From Nymphaea colorata (lineage: Eukaryota): DNA of 64,000 nt. The stretch lies in contig NC_045138.2 in the NCBI RefSeq assembly GCF_008831285.2, positions 3,410,001-3,474,000 on the forward strand, written 5' to 3'. Each line of letters starts with the position of its first letter. The stretch's first letter is position 1. Positions 63,067-64,000 of the stretch are shown in pieces. Under the pieces are notes generated by a model. It worked only from the letters and a program-made list of their open reading frames with translations. It searched no databases and was not told the DNA's origin. Made by a program: the position numbers and the translations under genes.

Positions 63067-64000
63067 GTAAACACCTTCACTATCTTGTTCTCTTCCAATT
63101 GTGGCCCTAATTTTTATTTGCATACCATTTGGAGCCTTTGTGGAATGAGGGTGCCATTTAGTGCTTCACATTTTCAAGGCTTGGTTGTAGAAAACTTTTA
63201 TGATTTTATCTTTTTTATAGATTTTAAATTCAGTACGGGGCCTACGGGCTAAACTTCTAGGGAAGTTTCTCACTTATTATGGGTACTGCAGAAGGCAGGC
63301 TGGAGTCTGGAGCAGCCTGACTTGTTGCATTTACATTAATCACCCTTTAGGACGTGAACCCATGCAACACTTACACCTGCCCTAGTAAATACATGTGAAA
63401 CATATAAAATGCAAAAATCCTGCTATGTAGCAGGTTATTTCTACAAAATTCAGTAAATAGAGCCATCATTAGGTATTTCGTCTTTACACACTCACAAGTG
63501 GGGAAAATAAGTGTTTATACAGATTTCTTTATGTAATTTTCTCTTTTCTCCATCTATTTTTTGTACCTTTTGTTTCTGATTTTTTGTTCATTTGAATGTT
63601 TATTTTCAGCTAGATTTTGCTAGCTCCTTATACCATATTTATATATAACGAGGGAGATTGGTAGTTGCCAAACCCTTGGATGCTAGACCTTAAGGAATCA
63701 TCTTGGTCGTTGGTCTTTCTAAAATGGATGGTTGAGAGAAACAATGACAAAAAGTTATCAATTAATGCTAGATGACTAAAATACCCTATATCCTTTTTCT
63801 CCTTTTTTTTTCTTTACCGTCCATCTTAGAAAGATCAACGATCAAGATGATTCTTTAGGGTGAAGTGGCATCAGGGCAACCCTTGACATGACCATGCACA
63901 ACACAAGGCTGAGCTTAGCGACATGCTACAGTAGGATAAGTCTTGCACTTTGCTGCCATATGAAGGGGATTGACTCCCCGTTAGTAGCTTGGGTGAAGAG

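Overview
Eukaryotic flowering-plant nuclear DNA: AT-rich, spliceosomal GT-AG introns, microsatellites and many transposon remnants. The species cannot be determined from the sequence alone. I reconstructed four protein-coding genes by hand. (1) The 5' part of SGS3 (minus strand); its downstream exons lie beyond the left edge, behind an intronic CRM-like Ty3/gypsy LTR retrotransposon. (2) A complete 6-exon RBM24/38-like (ARP1-type) single-RRM gene (minus, 289 aa). (3) A complete 4-exon organellar RAD52-1/ODB1 gene (minus, 185 aa). (4) The first 13 exons (640 codons) of the spindle-checkpoint gene MAD1 (plus), head-to-head with RAD52-1 across 870 bp. Intergenic and intronic DNA carries several families of hAT-type MITEs (some with 8-bp TSDs), a LINE fragment, LTR remnants and short tandem duplications. 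Most ORFs in the supplied track are spurious. I found no prokaryote-type system (CRISPR, operon etc.) and nothing I can show to be a new biological system. The best leads are a candidate spliced, structured minus-strand transcript at ~35.35-36.45 kb, the retrotransposon inside the silencing gene SGS3, the RAD52-1/MAD1 bidirectional promoter, a young GC/GA-rich hAT MITE in MAD1, and a 3'UTR intron just under the NMD distance in RAD52-1.
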